From contig JAHRAP010000112.1 of NCBI GenBank assembly GCA_020027255.1, forward strand, positions 1 through 29,693: a DNA stretch of 29,693 nt, in the 5' to 3' direction. The position numbers and the translations under genes are program-made. Origin of the DNA: Nitrosopumilaceae archaeon (lineage in GTDB: Archaea; Thermoproteota; Nitrososphaeria; Nitrososphaerales; Nitrosopumilaceae). Shown one piece after another: positions 28,671 through 29,693 of the stretch (its first letter is position 1; every line of letters begins with the position of its first letter). Under the pieces are notes generated by a model. It ran no database searches. It was not told the DNA's origin and saw only the letters and a list, made by a program, of their open reading frames with translations.

Positions 28671-29096
28671 TTATATATCTAAAATAAATCTAATCTTAAT
28701 TTTTACATTATCGCCACCATTAATTTCCATTAAATGAAATGTTGGAGATTTAATTTCTAATTTGAAACAATGTTTTTGTATATCTAATTCATCGCCAAAA
28801 ATTATAGCATGTAATGTATATGTAGTTTTTTGTTATATTATTTTGATTGAAACTCTGTGAATAGCAAAACAATCTGTTATAGTTAATATGATTAATTCTT
28901 CCAACCAATTGTATAACAGTTCCTGTAAATCAATTCCGCCAACACATAAAGTTTTTTGGGTTTTGCTTTCTACTACATGCCTATTTAACATAGTTTCTAT
29001 TGTAGCATATGCAGATGTTATAAATGCCTGTTCTAATGTGAGTGCCATAACTTCAATAAATATATCTGTATTATGTTCTAGGTATTTGTATGACAA
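28671..29096 (-). pseudogene. Archease (RtcB activator) interrupted by one in-frame TAA at 28833-28835
   Basis: N-terminal YKYLEHNTD. After the stop the same frame continues QKTTYTLHAIIFGDELDIQKHCFKLEIKSPTFHLMEINGGDNVKIKIRFILDI*, matching the archease EIK...H and terminal DI pattern; 141 codons in total. Confidence 0.82.
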
Positions 29097-29176
29097 TTAT
29101 GGTTCTATTACTTTTAATTAATTATAATTAAATCTTTATCAAAGTCTAAATCAATTGCGTTGAAATTTTCAATGAT

Positions 29177-29693
29177 TTGAAGTTACCACGAGGAATGAAA
29201 GATTTTGACTTTGAAGATTATTCAAAAATTGAATATGTCAGACAAAAATTCATTGATACTTGCCATGTTTTTGGATTTAAACTAATGGAGCCGTCTCCAA
29301 TAGAATTTCTTTCTGTCTTGGAAATGAAAAGCGGGACATCGATCAAAAACGAAATATATTTTTTCAAAGATAAAAATGATCGAGAAATTGCATTGAGATT
29401 TGATTTTACCATGGGAATAACACGGCATATAACGTCAAACAAATCAGTACAGTTACCAGTTAAAACAGCAACTTTCGGAGGTGTGTGGAGATATGACGAG
29501 CCACAGAAGAATAGATATAGATTTTTTCATCAATGGAATATTGAATTATATAATACACAAAATACAGATCACGATCATGAAATCATAGAGTTTGTGAATA
29601 ATTTTTTTAAGAATCTTGGATTAAATAATGTAATAATACATATATCGCATAAAAAATTAGTTGAATCATATATAAATAAAATATTTAATTCTA
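29177..29693 (+). CDS. hisS: Histidyl-tRNA synthetase, 3' truncated by the window edge (not in ORF track)
   Basis: TTG start, KLPRGMKDF, ALRFDFT and VWRYDEPQKNRYRFFHQW; frame open to the window end. Confidence 0.93.
   Translation, partial: MKLPRGMKDFDFEDYSKIEYVRQKFIDTCHVFGFKLMEPSPIEFLSVLEMKSGTSIKNEIYFFKDKNDREIALRFDFTMGITRHITSNKSVQLPVKTATFGGVWRYDEPQKNRYRFFHQWNIELYNTQNTDHDHEIIEFVNNFFKNLGLNNVIIHISHKKLVESYINKIFNS

Noticed and set aside
28833-28835. Archease TAA as evidence for stop-codon reassignment
   Set aside because: TAA terminates many intact genes in the window at their expected ends.
29160-29172. Inverted repeat TTGAAA-T-TTTCAA upstream of hisS
   Set aside because: Short, AT-rich and single; expected by chance at this composition.
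1014-29442. Many short ORF-track entries antisense to or nested in real genes (e.g. 1014-1289, 3794-4009, 5845-6330, 10469-10918, 13003-13332, 24676-25281, 27770-28072, 29218-29442)
   Set aside because: They lie on genes with clear family motifs and show none of their own; they are shadow ORFs.

Overview
AT-rich (roughly 30% GC by eye), very compact archaeal chromosome segment. Gene content and order point to Nitrososphaerota (Thaumarchaeota, Nitrosopumilaceae-like). Key evidence: an ADP-forming acyl-CoA synthetase next to 4-hydroxybutyryl-CoA dehydratase (3HP/4HB carbon fixation), a heme-copper oxidase cluster with a blue-copper protein and no c-type cytochrome, F420H2:NADP reductase, the rpl7ae-rps28e-rpl24e-ndk-aIF5B cluster and the SmAP-rpl37e pair. 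The window holds about 40 CDS and five intron-less tRNAs (Arg-UCG, Lys-CUU, Val-UAC, Ala-CGC, Leu-UAG). No mobile element, CRISPR array or rRNA was seen. It is mostly core genome. Three coding regions are absent from the ORF track: rpl37e, a 48-aa Cys/His-rich ORF and the 5' part of hisS. The main points for follow-up are an archease gene broken by one in-frame TAA, a membrane protein with the AmoC/PmoC-type D-x3-H-x12-H spacing, a candidate L7Ae autoregulatory K-loop hairpin, an SRPBCC protein with an RHH-like tail, a zinc-ribbon trio around thioredoxin, and several peculiarities of the oxidase cluster. All functional calls come from motif recognition, not from database searches.
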